A stretch of DNA of 64,000 nucleotides from Mycobacteriales bacterium (GCA_036497565.1 DASXJE010000018.1:71506-135505); one strand, 5' to 3'; numbered from the stretch's first letter, positions 18,643-28,075 are shown. Notes: generated by a model not told the origin, from the letters alone. Numbers and translations: made by a program.

Positions 18643-19740
18643 GTGTCCAGTCCGCAGCGCAAGATCCGGGTGGCCGTCGTCTTCGGCGGTCGCAGCAGCG
18701 AACACGCGATCTCCTGCGTCTCCGCCTCGAGCGTGATGGCGGCGCTGGATCCGGCCCGCTACGAGATCGTCCCGATCGGCATCACCCGCGCCGGAAGCTG
18801 GGTGCTGACCGACGGCGATCCCGAGCGGCTGCAGATCCACGGGACGACGCTGCCGCAGGTCGAGTCGGGCAGCGCCGTCGTACTCCCCGGTGATCCGACG
18901 GCCGGCGGACTCGTGGTGGTCGAGCCGGGTGAGGGGGCCCGCACGCTCGGCGACGTCGACGTGGTCTTCCCGCTGCTGCACGGGGCCTACGGCGAGGACG
19001 GCACGATCCAGGGCCTGCTGGAGATGGCCGGAGCGCCCTACGTCGGCGCCGGCGTGCTCGGCAGTGCCGTGGCGATGGACAAGGAGTACACGAAGAAGTT
19101 GCTGCGGGCCGAAGGACTGCCCGTCGGTGACTTCGTCGTACTGCGGTCGGGGGAGCGGATCAGCCCGGCGTCCCGGGACCGGCTCGGCCTACCCGTCTTC
19201 GTCAAACCGGCCCGCGCCGGATCGAGCATCGGCATCACCCGCGTCACCGACTGGGCGGCGATGGACGAGGCCGTCGACAAGGCGCGGGCGATCGACCCCA
19301 AGGTGCTGGTGGAGGCCGCGGTCGTCGGTCGGGAGATCGAGTGCGGCGTACTCGAAGGGCTCGCGGGCGGGCCGCCGGAGGCCAGTCTGCCGGCGGAGAT
19401 CCGGCTCCTGGGCGGCCACGACTTCTACGACTTCGAGGCGAAGTACCTCGAAGACGCCAGTGAGTTCGACATACCGGCCAAGCTCTCCGACGACGCATCC
19501 GCGGCGCTGCGTGCGATGGCGGGTCGAGCCTTCACCGCGCTCGACGGCGCCGGGCTCGCGCGGGTCGACTTCTTCGTCGGTGCCGGCGAGGAGATCACCA
19601 TCAACGAGGTCAACACGATGCCCGGCTTCACCGCGATCTCGATGTTCGGCAAGGCCTGGGCGGCGACCGGGCTGGCCTACCCAGACCTGCTCGACCGCCT
19701 CGTCGACACCGCGCTCCGTCGGGGAACAGGACTGCGGTGA
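18643..19740 (+). CDS. ddl: D-alanine--D-alanine ligase
   Basis: FGGRSSEHAIS, LHGAYGEDGTIQG, FVKPARAGSSIGI, FYDFEAKY, NEVNTMPGFT. Confidence 0.96.
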   Translation: MSSPQRKIRVAVVFGGRSSEHAISCVSASSVMAALDPARYEIVPIGITRAGSWVLTDGDPERLQIHGTTLPQVESGSAVVLPGDPTAGGLVVVEPGEGARTLGDVDVVFPLLHGAYGEDGTIQGLLEMAGAPYVGAGVLGSAVAMDKEYTKKLLRAEGLPVGDFVVLRSGERISPASRDRLGLPVFVKPARAGSSIGITRVTDWAAMDEAVDKARAIDPKVLVEAAVVGREIECGVLEGLAGGPPEASLPAEIRLLGGHDFYDFEAKYLEDASEFDIPAKLSDDASAALRAMAGRAFTALDGAGLARVDFFVGAGEEITINEVNTMPGFTAISMFGKAWAATGLAYPDLLDRLVDTALRRGTGLR

Positions 19741-20411
19741 CGACGCTGCACGTGGTCAAGGTGTTCGTCGGACCGGAGGGCCGCGGTGGCAACCCGCTCG
19801 GCGTTTTTCTCGACGGAGCCGCGGTTCCGGCCGATCGGCGACAGGCGGTCGCCGCCGATCTCGGGTTCAGCGAGACGGTCTTCGTCGAGCCCGGTACGAC
19901 GCGCGTGCGCATCTACACGCCCGCCCTCGAACTTCCCTTCGCCGGCCATCCGCTGGTCGGCACTTCGTGGTTGCTCGCCCAGCGCGAGAAGCCGGCCGAG
20001 GTCCTCGTCACACCGGCCGGTGACGTGCCGACGTGGGTGGATGAGGCGGGGCGGCACTGGATCCGCGGGCGGGCCGACTGGGCGCCAGCGATGGAGCTTC
20101 GGCAGTTCGCGAATCCGGCCGAGATCGACGCGCTCACCGAGCCACCCGACCCGGACGGCTTCGTCGACGCGTGGGCGTGGCAGGACGAGGTGCGGGGTGA
20201 GGTGCGGGCGCGGGTCTTCGCGCCGTCGCACGGCGTCCCCGAGGACGAGGCGACCGGCTCGGCCGCCGTACGACTGGTCACCTCGCTCGGCCGGCCGATC
20301 ACCGTCCGGCAGGGGGTCGGCTCCGTCCTGTACGCCCGACCAGGACCCGCCGGCACCGCCGACGTCGGCGGCACCACGATCCTCGTCGACGAGCGCCCCT
20401 ACCGCCCCTGA
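19737..20411 (+). CDS. PhzF-family epimerase/isomerase
   Basis: GGNPLGVF, FSETVF, ELPFAGHP, EDEATGSAA. Confidence 0.88.
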   Translation: MTTLHVVKVFVGPEGRGGNPLGVFLDGAAVPADRRQAVAADLGFSETVFVEPGTTRVRIYTPALELPFAGHPLVGTSWLLAQREKPAEVLVTPAGDVPTWVDEAGRHWIRGRADWAPAMELRQFANPAEIDALTEPPDPDGFVDAWAWQDEVRGEVRARVFAPSHGVPEDEATGSAAVRLVTSLGRPITVRQGVGSVLYARPGPAGTADVGGTTILVDERPYRP

Positions 20412-20455
20412 CGCCGGTCGGCCCGCCGCCGCTCGAATGGACCGGGGTCAGCAGA

Positions 20456-20998
20456 TCAGTGGGCGGGGCGGATGGGGACCGCGGGGAGCGTCTTCTTCAC
20501 CGCGGCACCGATGTCCACCAGTGCGGCGTCCGCGGGGTAGGTCTCCGGGATGCTCGCCTCGACGTAGACACCGCGATCGACCGCGGTCCAGTTCGTGCCC
20601 TGGTCGAACCATTGCACGTCGTCGACGGCGATCGCCTGACTGCCGACCTTGAATCCCGTGGGGCGGGGGACGTCGCAGTGCACGACGACCGCCGGGTCGC
20701 CCCAGGCCTGCAGGTACTGGTCGTGCGCGTTGACCTCCCGCCGCGACAGGCCGGCGACGGTGCGCGGTAGCGCCGCCAGGAAGGCGGGACAGAGCCGGTC
20801 ACCGGCCGCCGTACGCGGGGCAGGGGAGACGCTCACCGCCGGCAGCCGGGCCGGCGCCGGCGTGTGCGTCGCGGGGCCGGCGGACGACGGCGCGGTGTGC
20901 TGGCGTCCGACGAGGAAGAGGACGACGCCGACGACGATGGCGACGGGTACGGCGACGAGCGTCGCGGTGAGGACCGCGCGGCGCCGGATCGGGTCGAT
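20456..20998 (-). CDS. DUF3515-type membrane-anchored protein; no canonical start before its TM helix (ATC at 20998 proposed)
   Basis: C-terminal part AWGDPAVVVHCDVPRP...VDDVQWF...TAVDRGVYVE. Open frame upstream of the GTG at 20836 encodes IDPIRRRAVLTATLVAVPVAIVVGVVLFLV. Confidence 0.75.
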   Translation of the reverse strand: MDPIRRRAVLTATLVAVPVAIVVGVVLFLVGRQHTAPSSAGPATHTPAPARLPAVSVSPAPRTAAGDRLCPAFLAALPRTVAGLSRREVNAHDQYLQAWGDPAVVVHCDVPRPTGFKVGSQAIAVDDVQWFDQGTNWTAVDRGVYVEASIPETYPADAALVDIGAAVKKTLPAVPIRPAH

Positions 20999-21001
20999 CG
21001 C

Positions 21002-21235
21002 TCAGAGGTGGACGACGGGGCAGGTCAGCGTGCGGGTGATCCCGTCGACGCCCTGCACCCGCGCGACCACGAGCTTGCCGAGTTCGTCGACATTGCGTGC
21101 CTCGGCGCGCACGATCACGTCGTAGGGGCCGGTCACATCCTCGGCCATCGTGACGCCCTTGATGCGTGCGATCTCCTGAGCGACCGCGGCTGCCTTGCCG
21201 ACTTCGGTCTGGATGAGGATGTACGCCTGGACCAC
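21002..21235 (-). CDS. Stand-alone Lrp/AsnC ligand-binding domain protein
   Basis: MVQAYILIQTEVGKA...VTGPYDVIVRAEA...ITRTLTCPVVHL. Confidence 0.92.
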   Translation of the reverse strand: MVQAYILIQTEVGKAAAVAQEIARIKGVTMAEDVTGPYDVIVRAEARNVDELGKLVVARVQGVDGITRTLTCPVVHL

Positions 21236-21320
21236 GGCGAGCCCTTTCGTCGTCGGTGCCGGGAGCGGATATGAAACTTACCGCACGCGCCGCCGTGAAG
21301 ATCGACGCAGGGAGGTAGCC

Positions 21321-22271
21321 ATTACTGTCGCAGAGGCAGGCGAGTTCGGCCTCATCGAACGGATAATCACCCGGTTGTCCGGTAGCGCCGCGATCATCGT
21401 CGGACCTGGGGACGACGCCGCCGTCATCCGTGCGCCGGACGCGCGGGTGGTCGCCTCGACCGACACCCTGATCGAAGGCCGGCACTTCCGGCGCGACTGG
21501 TCGGGGCCCGGCGACATCGGGCACCGGGCCGCGGCCGAGGCCATGGCCGACATCGCCGCGATGGGCGCGGTGCCCACGGGGGTGCTCGTCGGACTGGGCT
21601 GCCCGCCGGACCTGCCGGTCAACTGGGTCGAGGAACTCGTCGACGGCATGCGGGAGGAGTCCGGTGAGCTCGGCGCGGCCGTCGTCGGCGGCGACGTCGT
21701 GCGCTCCGACACCGTCGTCCTCGCGATGACCGCGCTGGGCGATCTGCAGGGGCGGGACCCGGTCACCCGGGGCGGTGCCCGGGCCGGTGAGGTCGTCGCC
21801 GTGACCGGGCGGCTCGGCTGGTCGGCGGCCGGCCTCGCCGTGCTGGCCCGCGGATTCCGCTCGCCGGCGGTCGTGGTCGGTGCGCACCGCAGGCCCGAGC
21901 CGCCGTACGCCGAGGGCCCGCGGGCGGCGGAGGCGGGGGCGACCGCGATGTGCGACATCAGCGACGGTTTGGTGCAGGACGTCGGACACCTCGCATCCGC
22001 CAGCGGCGTCGGCATCGACCTCCGCCGCGACGCTCTCGTCGTACCGGCCCGGCTGCGCGACGTCGGCCGGGCGCTGGGTGTCGATCCGATGGACTGGCTG
22101 CTCGGGGGCGGCGACGATCACAGCCTGGTCGCGACGTTCCCGGCGAAATCGGGACCGCCGCCGGGCTGGACGCTGATCGGGCGGGTCACCGATCCCGTCG
22201 ACGGCGGCGCGGTGTCGGTGGACGGCGTTCGCCAGGACCCGGCCGGCTTCGATCACTTCAGCCGCGGGTGA
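21321..22271 (+). CDS. thiL: Thiamine-monophosphate kinase; start proposed at ATT 21321
   Basis: GEFGLI, GPGDDAA, STDTLIEGRHF, ADIAAMGA, VVGGD, MCDISDGL, GGDDH. Confidence 0.92.
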   Translation: MTVAEAGEFGLIERIITRLSGSAAIIVGPGDDAAVIRAPDARVVASTDTLIEGRHFRRDWSGPGDIGHRAAAEAMADIAAMGAVPTGVLVGLGCPPDLPVNWVEELVDGMREESGELGAAVVGGDVVRSDTVVLAMTALGDLQGRDPVTRGGARAGEVVAVTGRLGWSAAGLAVLARGFRSPAVVVGAHRRPEPPYAEGPRAAEAGATAMCDISDGLVQDVGHLASASGVGIDLRRDALVVPARLRDVGRALGVDPMDWLLGGGDDHSLVATFPAKSGPPPGWTLIGRVTDPVDGGAVSVDGVRQDPAGFDHFSRG

Positions 22272-22274
22272 CAT

Positions 22275-22315
22275 CCTCGACCTCCCGGGCGGGCAGGCGG
22301 TGCAGGAGGTCGAGG
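22275..22315 (+). promoter_or_regulatory. Anti-SD/SD hairpin sequestering the ribosome binding site of the cytidylate-kinase-like gene
   Basis: CCTCGACCTCC (22275-22285) pairs perfectly with GGAGGTCGAGG (22305-22315). It begins 3 nt after the thiL stop and ends 1 nt before the GTG at 22317. Confidence 0.55.
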
Positions 22316-22316
22316 C

Positions 22317-22955
22317 GTGGGTGTGGTGACGATCTCCGCGTCGTACGGCGCCGGAGGCAGCGAGATCGGGCCGGAGGTCGCCCGGCGGCTCGGGCTGGAG
22401 TTCGTCGACCGCGCGATCACCGCGGGCGTCGCCGCCAAGCTCGGCATCTCCGAGCAGGACGCCGAGGCGCGGGACGAGCGGGTCGACACGGGGCTGTGGC
22501 GGGTCATCTCGTCCATGTCGCTGCTGCCCGACCTGGCCTGCGCCGGGAGCCTCGCGCGGACGACGTTCAGCGACGAGCGGGCCTTCAAGGAGAAGACCGA
22601 GCAGGTGCTGCGGGAGGTCGCGGCCGGGCCCGGCGGTGTCGTCCTCGGCCGCGCGGCGGCGCTCGTCCTGGCCCGCGTCCCGCACGCGTTGCACGTGCGG
22701 TTGGACGCCGACCCCGGCGACCGGGTCGACGCGATGTGCCGGAAGACCGGAGCCTCCCCGCGGGACGTCGAGCGTGACCTGCACCAGAACGACTCGGCCC
22801 GGGAGGCCTACGTCCGCCACCTCTACCGCACCGACGCCACGGATCCCCGCCACTACCACCTGGTCATCGACAGCACCGCGCTGGAACGGGACGTCGTCAC
22901 CGAGGTCATCGTGCACGCGGCGCGGGCTCGTGGCGTGACGAAACCGTGCCGCTGA
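22317..22955 (+). CDS. Cytidylate kinase-like family protein
   Basis: VTISASYGAGGSEIG P-loop variant, FVDRAI, VVLGRAA, LHVRLDA, YHLVIDS. Confidence 0.85.
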   Translation: MGVVTISASYGAGGSEIGPEVARRLGLEFVDRAITAGVAAKLGISEQDAEARDERVDTGLWRVISSMSLLPDLACAGSLARTTFSDERAFKEKTEQVLREVAAGPGGVVLGRAAALVLARVPHALHVRLDADPGDRVDAMCRKTGASPRDVERDLHQNDSAREAYVRHLYRTDATDPRHYHLVIDSTALERDVVTEVIVHAARARGVTKPCR

Positions 22956-22957
22956 TC

Positions 22958-23494
22958 TCACTCCAGTCCGAGCGATTCCTGGCCCGCGTCGTAGACGAGC
23001 AGCCCGTCCTCGCGCAGCCGCACCCCCTCGGTCGGGTGGTGCTCGGCCAACCGGCCGTCCGGCATCAGGTGACGTACGTCGACACCGCGGGCGAGCATGA
23101 CGAAGTCGGCGACCAGGCGGCGATGGCAGCGCCACCAGACCGACTCGCTGCACATGACGACGGTGGTCTGCCCCGCCGCGCCCGCGAGGACCTCGTCGAT
23201 CGCGGCGAGGAACTCCGGGGAGCGGGTGTGCGCGGCGTACCCGCGGAAGGCGTCGTTGCGCCAGACCACGTCGGGGGAGTCGGGTGGGGTACGCCGGAAA
23301 CCGCCGAGCCGCTGCTCCCAGCGGTAACCGATCCCGGCGGCGGGCAACCACTGCGCCAATTCGGCCCGGGCAACGTGCGGATTGCGCCGGCTGCCCGGCG
23401 CGGTACGGATGTCGACCAGCGAGGTCACGCCGGCGTCGGTCAGCCGACGCTGCAGATCCTGCTGGGACGTGGTGCCGTGGCCCGTGGTCAGCAG
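22958..23494 (-). CDS. DUF488 family protein; 5' end lacks an in-frame canonical start
   Basis: LLTTGHGT...LVDIRTAPGSRR, LGGFR, FRGYA, VMCSESVWWRCHRRLVAD. Confidence 0.8.
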   Translation of the reverse strand: MLTTGHGTTSQQDLQRRLTDAGVTSLVDIRTAPGSRRNPHVARAELAQWLPAAGIGYRWEQRLGGFRRTPPDSPDVVWRNDAFRGYAAHTRSPEFLAAIDEVLAGAAGQTTVVMCSESVWWRCHRRLVADFVMLARGVDVRHLMPDGRLAEHHPTEGVRLREDGLLVYDAGQESLGLE

Positions 23495-23519
23495 CGGGCG
23501 GGCGGGCGCACCCGGCCGG

Positions 23520-23711
23520 TCAGGCGCGGGCGACCTTGCCCGCCTTCAGGCACGAGGTGCAGACGTTCAGGCGGCGACGGGTGCCCGGGGCCACCTGGGC
23601 CCGCACGGACTGGATGTTCGGGTTCCACCGCCGGTGGGTCCGCCGGTGGGAGTGCGAGACGGACATGCCGAAGCCCGGCCCCTTGCCGCAGACGTCGCAC
23701 ACGCTGGCCAC
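23520..23711 (-). CDS. rpmB: 50S ribosomal protein L28 (Zn-ribbon form)
   Basis: [34 protein letters not shown]...[12 protein letters not shown]; SD AGGAG. Confidence 0.96.
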   Translation of the reverse strand: MASVCDVCGKGPGFGMSVSHSHRRTHRRWNPNIQSVRAQVAPGTRRRLNVCTSCLKAGKVARA

Positions 23712-23888
23712 CGGATACTCCTGACTCACGGACAACATGAAACGGCCCCGGGACGACCGGGGTCCGTCGCCAAGTCTAGCCAGCCCGCGGCGCCGGGCCA
23801 AACTGCCCGCCGGGCCGGCTCGGCGATCTCGCTAAGCTCGCGGTCGTGTGCGGCGTGCTGACCTGTCCGGCTCCGGCGGCCCACTGAG

Positions 23889-26120
23889 ATGGCCGCCGGG
23901 ACGGTGACCTTCGACACCCTGCTGCGTGGTGTCGTCGGAGGCAAGACGGCGACGGCGCTGGAGAAGGCCTTCGAGCTGCGCACCGTGGGCGATCTGCTCC
24001 GGCACTATCCGCGCCGGTACGCCGAGCGGGGCGAGCTCACCGACCTGGGCTCGGTGGTCGTGGGCGAGCAGGTCACCGTGCTCGCGGAGGTGCGCAAGGT
24101 CAACCGGCGCAAGATGCGCAACCGCCCGGGGACCCTGCTCGAGGTGGTCGTCGGAGACGGCCGGCGCACCCTGCTGCTCACCTTCTTCAACCAGGCATGG
24201 CGCGAGCGCGACCTGTTCGTCGGCCGGCGGGCGCTGTTCGCCGGCAAGGTCACCGACTTCAACGGGAAACGCCAGCTGAACGGGCCGGCGTACCAACTGC
24301 TCGGCGCGGCCGACGACGCCGAGGGCGCAGCCGAGGAATTCGCCGGCATGCTGATCCCGGTCTACCCGGCGGCGGCCGGGCTGCCGACCTGGACGATCAG
24401 CCGGGCCGTCCGGCTGGTGCTGGACACCCTCGATCCGCCCGCCGACCCGCTGCCGGAACCGCTCCGCCGCCGGCACCGGCTGGTCGGCCTCGGTACGGCG
24501 CTGCAGGACGTGCACCGCCCGCCCGACACGGTCGCGCTGCGGGCCGCCCGGATCCGGCTGGCGTGGGACGAGGCGATGGCCCTGCAGGTGACGCTGGCGC
24601 AGCGCCGCGCGGCCGCCGCCGGCCGCCCGGCCGTGCCGCGACCGGCGCGGCAGGGCGGGCTGGTCGACGCCTTCGACGCCCGACTGCCGTTCGCGCTGAC
24701 CGGTGGCCAGCAGGAGATCGGCACCGTGCTTGCCGCCGAACTGGCCGCCCCGCATCCCATGCACCGCCTGCTGCAGGGCGAGGTCGGCAGCGGCAAGACG
24801 GTGGTCGCGCTGCGCGGCATGCTGCAGGTCGTCGACGCCGGGGGGCAGGCCGCGCTGCTCGCCCCGACCGAGGTGCTCGCTGCCCAACACGCCCGGTCGC
24901 TCCGCGCGCTGCTCGGCCCGCTCGCCGAGGGCGGCGAGCTCGGCGGGGACGAGCACGCCACCCGGGTCGTGCTGCTCACCGGGTCGCAGTCGGCCGCCGT
25001 ACGCCGCGCCGTGCTGGCCGACATCGCCGGGGGCGCGGCGGGCATCGTCGTCGGCACCCACGCGCTGATCCAGGAGGGGGTCCAGTTCGCCGATCTCGGC
25101 ATCGTCGTCGTCGACGAGCAGCACCGGTTCGGCGTCGAGCAGCGCGACGCGCTGCGCATGAAGGCCGCGCAGCCGCCGCACGTGCTGGTGATGACCGCGA
25201 CACCGATCCCGCGGACCGTCGCGATCACCGTGTTCGGCGACCTCGAGACCTCCGCGCTGCGGGAGCTGCCGCGCGGGCGGTCCGCGATCGCGACGACGGT
25301 GGTCCCGGCCGCCGAGCGCCCGGGCTGGCTGGACCGGGTCTGGCAACGGGTGCGGGAGGAGGTCGGGAACGGTCACCAGGCCTACATCGTCTGCCCGCGG
25401 ATCGGCGGCGAGACCCGGTCCGACGACGACGCCGACGGCTCTGCCGAGGGGGACGGCGCCGACGGGACGCTCGACGGCGGCGACGACGACTCGGCCGCGG
25501 GTGAGCGTCGCCCGCCGGTGTCGGTCCTGGACGTCGCCCCGGGCCTCGCCGAAGGACCCCTCGCCGGCCTGCGGGTCGAGATCCTGCACGGGCGGCTGCC
25601 TACCGACGAGAAGGACTCGGTGATGCGCCGGTTCGCGGCCGGCGAGATCGACGTCCTGGTTGCGACCACCGTCATCGAGGTCGGCGTCGACGTGGCCAAC
25701 GCCACCGCGATGGTGATCCTCGACGCCGACCGGTTCGGGGTCTCCCAGCTCCACCAGCTGCGGGGCCGGGTCGGCCGCGGCAGCGCGCCCGGCCTCTGCC
25801 TGCTCGTCACGGACGCGCCGGCGGGACCCGCCCGCGTGCGGTTGGACGCCGTCGCCGCCACGGTCGACGGGTTCGAACTGGCCCGCCTCGACCTGGCCCA
25901 ACGACGCGAGGGCGACGTCCTCGGCTCGGCGCAGTCCGGCCGGCGGTCGGCGCTGCGGATCCTGTCGCTGCTGCGCGACGAGGAGCTGATCCTGCAGGCC
26001 CGCGAGGAGGCGGTCGCCCTGGTCGACGCCGACCCGGAGCTGCGGGAGCATCCCGCTCTCGCCGCGCAGGTGGCGGCGTTGATCGAGGACGAGCGCGCCG
26101 ACTACCTCGAGAAAGCCTGA
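23889..26120 (+). CDS. recG: ATP-dependent DNA helicase RecG
   Basis: LQGEVGSGKT, VVDEQHRFGV, MTATPIPRT, ATTVIEVGVDV, QLHQLRGRVGRG. Confidence 0.96.
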   Translation: MAAGTVTFDTLLRGVVGGKTATALEKAFELRTVGDLLRHYPRRYAERGELTDLGSVVVGEQVTVLAEVRKVNRRKMRNRPGTLLEVVVGDGRRTLLLTFFNQAWRERDLFVGRRALFAGKVTDFNGKRQLNGPAYQLLGAADDAEGAAEEFAGMLIPVYPAAAGLPTWTISRAVRLVLDTLDPPADPLPEPLRRRHRLVGLGTALQDVHRPPDTVALRAARIRLAWDEAMALQVTLAQRRAAAAGRPAVPRPARQGGLVDAFDARLPFALTGGQQEIGTVLAAELAAPHPMHRLLQGEVGSGKTVVALRGMLQVVDAGGQAALLAPTEVLAAQHARSLRALLGPLAEGGELGGDEHATRVVLLTGSQSAAVRRAVLADIAGGAAGIVVGTHALIQEGVQFADLGIVVVDEQHRFGVEQRDALRMKAAQPPHVLVMTATPIPRTVAITVFGDLETSALRELPRGRSAIATTVVPAAERPGWLDRVWQRVREEVGNGHQAYIVCPRIGGETRSDDDADGSAEGDGADGTLDGGDDDSAAGERRPPVSVLDVAPGLAEGPLAGLRVEILHGRLPTDEKDSVMRRFAAGEIDVLVATTVIEVGVDVANATAMVILDADRFGVSQLHQLRGRVGRGSAPGLCLLVTDAPAGPARVRLDAVAATVDGFELARLDLAQRREGDVLGSAQSGRRSALRILSLLRDEELILQAREEAVALVDADPELREHPALAAQVAALIEDERADYLEKA

Positions 26121-26148
26121 GCCGACGCGGGCGCCGTACCGTGGCCGG

Positions 26149-26712
26149 GTGACCCGAATCGTCGGCGGCGGCGCGGGCGGCCGGCGACTCGCCGTACCGC
26201 CCGGATCCGGCACGCGACCCACCGCCGACCAGGCCCGCGAAGGCCTGTTCAACACCCTCGTCGGACTGCTCGACCTGTCCGGGACCGCCGTCCTGGACCT
26301 CTACGCCGGGTCCGGTGCGATCGGCCTGGAGGCGCTGTCCCGCGGGGCGGACCGGGCGCTGTTCGTCGAGTCCGACCCGCGGGCCGCGCGCACGATCCGC
26401 ACCAACGCCGCCCGGCTCGATGCGACGGGTGCGCGGGTGCTGGCCGACCGGGTCGAGCGGGTGCTCGCCGCGCCCCCGGCGCCCGGGGCGGTCTACGACC
26501 TCGTGTTCGCCGACCCGCCGTACGCCACGGCCGACGACGAGGTCGACCGGATGCTCGCCGACCTCGTGGACCGGGGCTGGCTCGCCGGCGGGGCGGTCCT
26601 CGTCGTCGAGCGCGGCCGGCGCAGCCCCGCACCGAACTGGCCGACCGGCGTCGCGCCGCTCAAGTCGCGCCGTTACGGCGAAGCGGTGCTTTGGTACGGT
26701 CGCCGACCGTGA
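26149..26712 (+). CDS. rsmD: 16S rRNA m2G966 methyltransferase
   Basis: TRPTADQAREGLFN, LDLYAGSGAIGLEALSRGA, FADPPY, RRYG. Confidence 0.93.
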   Translation: MTRIVGGGAGGRRLAVPPGSGTRPTADQAREGLFNTLVGLLDLSGTAVLDLYAGSGAIGLEALSRGADRALFVESDPRAARTIRTNAARLDATGARVLADRVERVLAAPPAPGAVYDLVFADPPYATADDEVDRMLADLVDRGWLAGGAVLVVERGRRSPAPNWPTGVAPLKSRRYGEAVLWYGRRP

Positions 26713-27191
26713 GACGCGCAGTGTGTCCCGGGTCCTTCGATCCGGTGACCAACGGTCACCTGGACATCATCAACCGGGCCAGCCGGCTCTACGACGAGGT
26801 GGTCGTGGTCGTCGGCGTCAACCAGAACAAGTCGCGGCTGTTCACCGTCGACGAGCGCATCGACATGCTCGCCCGGGTCACCGACGGGCTGCCCAACGTC
26901 ACGATCGACTCGTTCCAGGGCCTCCTCTCCGAATACTGCCGCACCCACCAGATTCCGGTCATCGTCAAGGGCCTACGAGCGGTGAGCGACTTCGACTACG
27001 AACTGCAGATGGCCCAGATGAACAACGGCCTGGCCGAGGTCGAGACGATGTTCATGGCCACCAACAACCTCTACAGCTTCCTGTCGTCCAGCCTGGTCAA
27101 GGAGGTCGCCACGTACGGCGGCGACGTGTCCGGGCTGGTCCCGCCCTATGTGCTCGAGCGGCTCCTGGCCCGCCTGGCCGAAGAGGGCTGA
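26709..27191 (+). CDS. coaD: Pantetheine-phosphate adenylyltransferase
   Basis: CPGSFDPVTNGHLDI, KGLRAVSDFDYELQMA, LSSSLVKE. Confidence 0.97.
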   Translation: MRRAVCPGSFDPVTNGHLDIINRASRLYDEVVVVVGVNQNKSRLFTVDERIDMLARVTDGLPNVTIDSFQGLLSEYCRTHQIPVIVKGLRAVSDFDYELQMAQMNNGLAEVETMFMATNNLYSFLSSSLVKEVATYGGDVSGLVPPYVLERLLARLAEEG

Positions 27192-27265
27192 ACGCGACCG
27201 AATCGACGGATTCCTGCCCGCTCCGCTAATCTGGGATCTCCAGCTTCCTCACCCATCGGTTCGTC

Positions 27266-27874
27266 ATGCCCGAGAACAGGACCCCGAAGACCCGGCTCGA
27301 CCCTCGACGCCCACTCGTGCTCGATCTCCGCGAGCTCGGTAGACGCCCTGGGTCGATGCGGGTGGTGCAGGGTCAGGTCCCGGCGCCTGCGGATCTGCGG
27401 GTCGGGTCGATCGCGGTGCCGGAAGGCTCCGGGCTCGACCTCGATCTGCGGCTCGAGTCGGTGGTGGAGGGGGTCTTCGTCTCCGGCACCGTCACGGCGT
27501 CGGGGGTGGGGGAGTGTGTGCGTTGCCTCACACCCGTCACCGACGTGGTGGAGGCACCGGTGCAGGAGCTGTTCGCCTACCCGGAGAGCACGACCGAGGA
27601 GACGACGGAGGAGGACGAGGTACGCCGGCTCGAGGGTGACGCCCTCGATCTGGAGCCGACCGTCCGGGACGCGGTGGTGCTCGCACTGCCGCTCGCACCA
27701 CTGTGCCGGGACGACTGCCGCGGCCTGTGCGCGACCTGCGGGGAGCGCTGGGACGAGCTGCCGCCCGACCACACGCACGACACCATCGACCCACGGTGGG
27801 CCGCTCTCGCGGAGCGGTTCACCGGCACCGACACGGCCGGCGACCCCGGCCGTCCCGAGAGTCAGGAGAGCTAG
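27266..27874 (+). CDS. YceD/DUF177 family protein (23S rRNA accumulation)
   Basis: ECVRCL and [23 protein letters not shown]; lies upstream of rpmF. Confidence 0.92.
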   Translation: MPENRTPKTRLDPRRPLVLDLRELGRRPGSMRVVQGQVPAPADLRVGSIAVPEGSGLDLDLRLESVVEGVFVSGTVTASGVGECVRCLTPVTDVVEAPVQELFAYPESTTEETTEEDEVRRLEGDALDLEPTVRDAVVLALPLAPLCRDDCRGLCATCGERWDELPPDHTHDTIDPRWAALAERFTGTDTAGDPGRPESQES

Positions 27875-27876
27875 CC

Positions 27877-28053
27877 GTGGCAGTTCCGAAGCGGAGGAAG
27901 TCGCGGGCCAACACCCACGCCCGCCGCGCGCAGTGGAAGGCCACCGCGCCGACGTTGGTGACGTGCAGCAACCGCGCCTGCGGGAAGCCGACCCTGCCGC
28001 ACCGTGCCTGCCCCGAGTGCGGGCAGTACGCCGGCCGGGTCGTCACCGGCTGA
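27877..28053 (+). CDS. rpmF: 50S ribosomal protein L32
   Basis: [22 protein letters not shown]...CSNRAC...[11 protein letters not shown]. Confidence 0.95.
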   Translation: MAVPKRRKSRANTHARRAQWKATAPTLVTCSNRACGKPTLPHRACPECGQYAGRVVTG

Positions 28054-28075
28054 CCCCGGAACGGGGGCCGGTGCT

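Noticed and set aside
18643-19740. Possible vancomycin-resistance D-Ala-D-Lac ligase
   Set aside because: The omega loop reads FYDFEAKY with the Tyr typical of D-Ala-D-Ala ligases, the gene is in the core position, and there is no vanH/vanX.
23520-28053. Zn-ribbon (Cys-containing) forms of L28 and L32
   Set aside because: These are the ordinary paralog types at these core positions.
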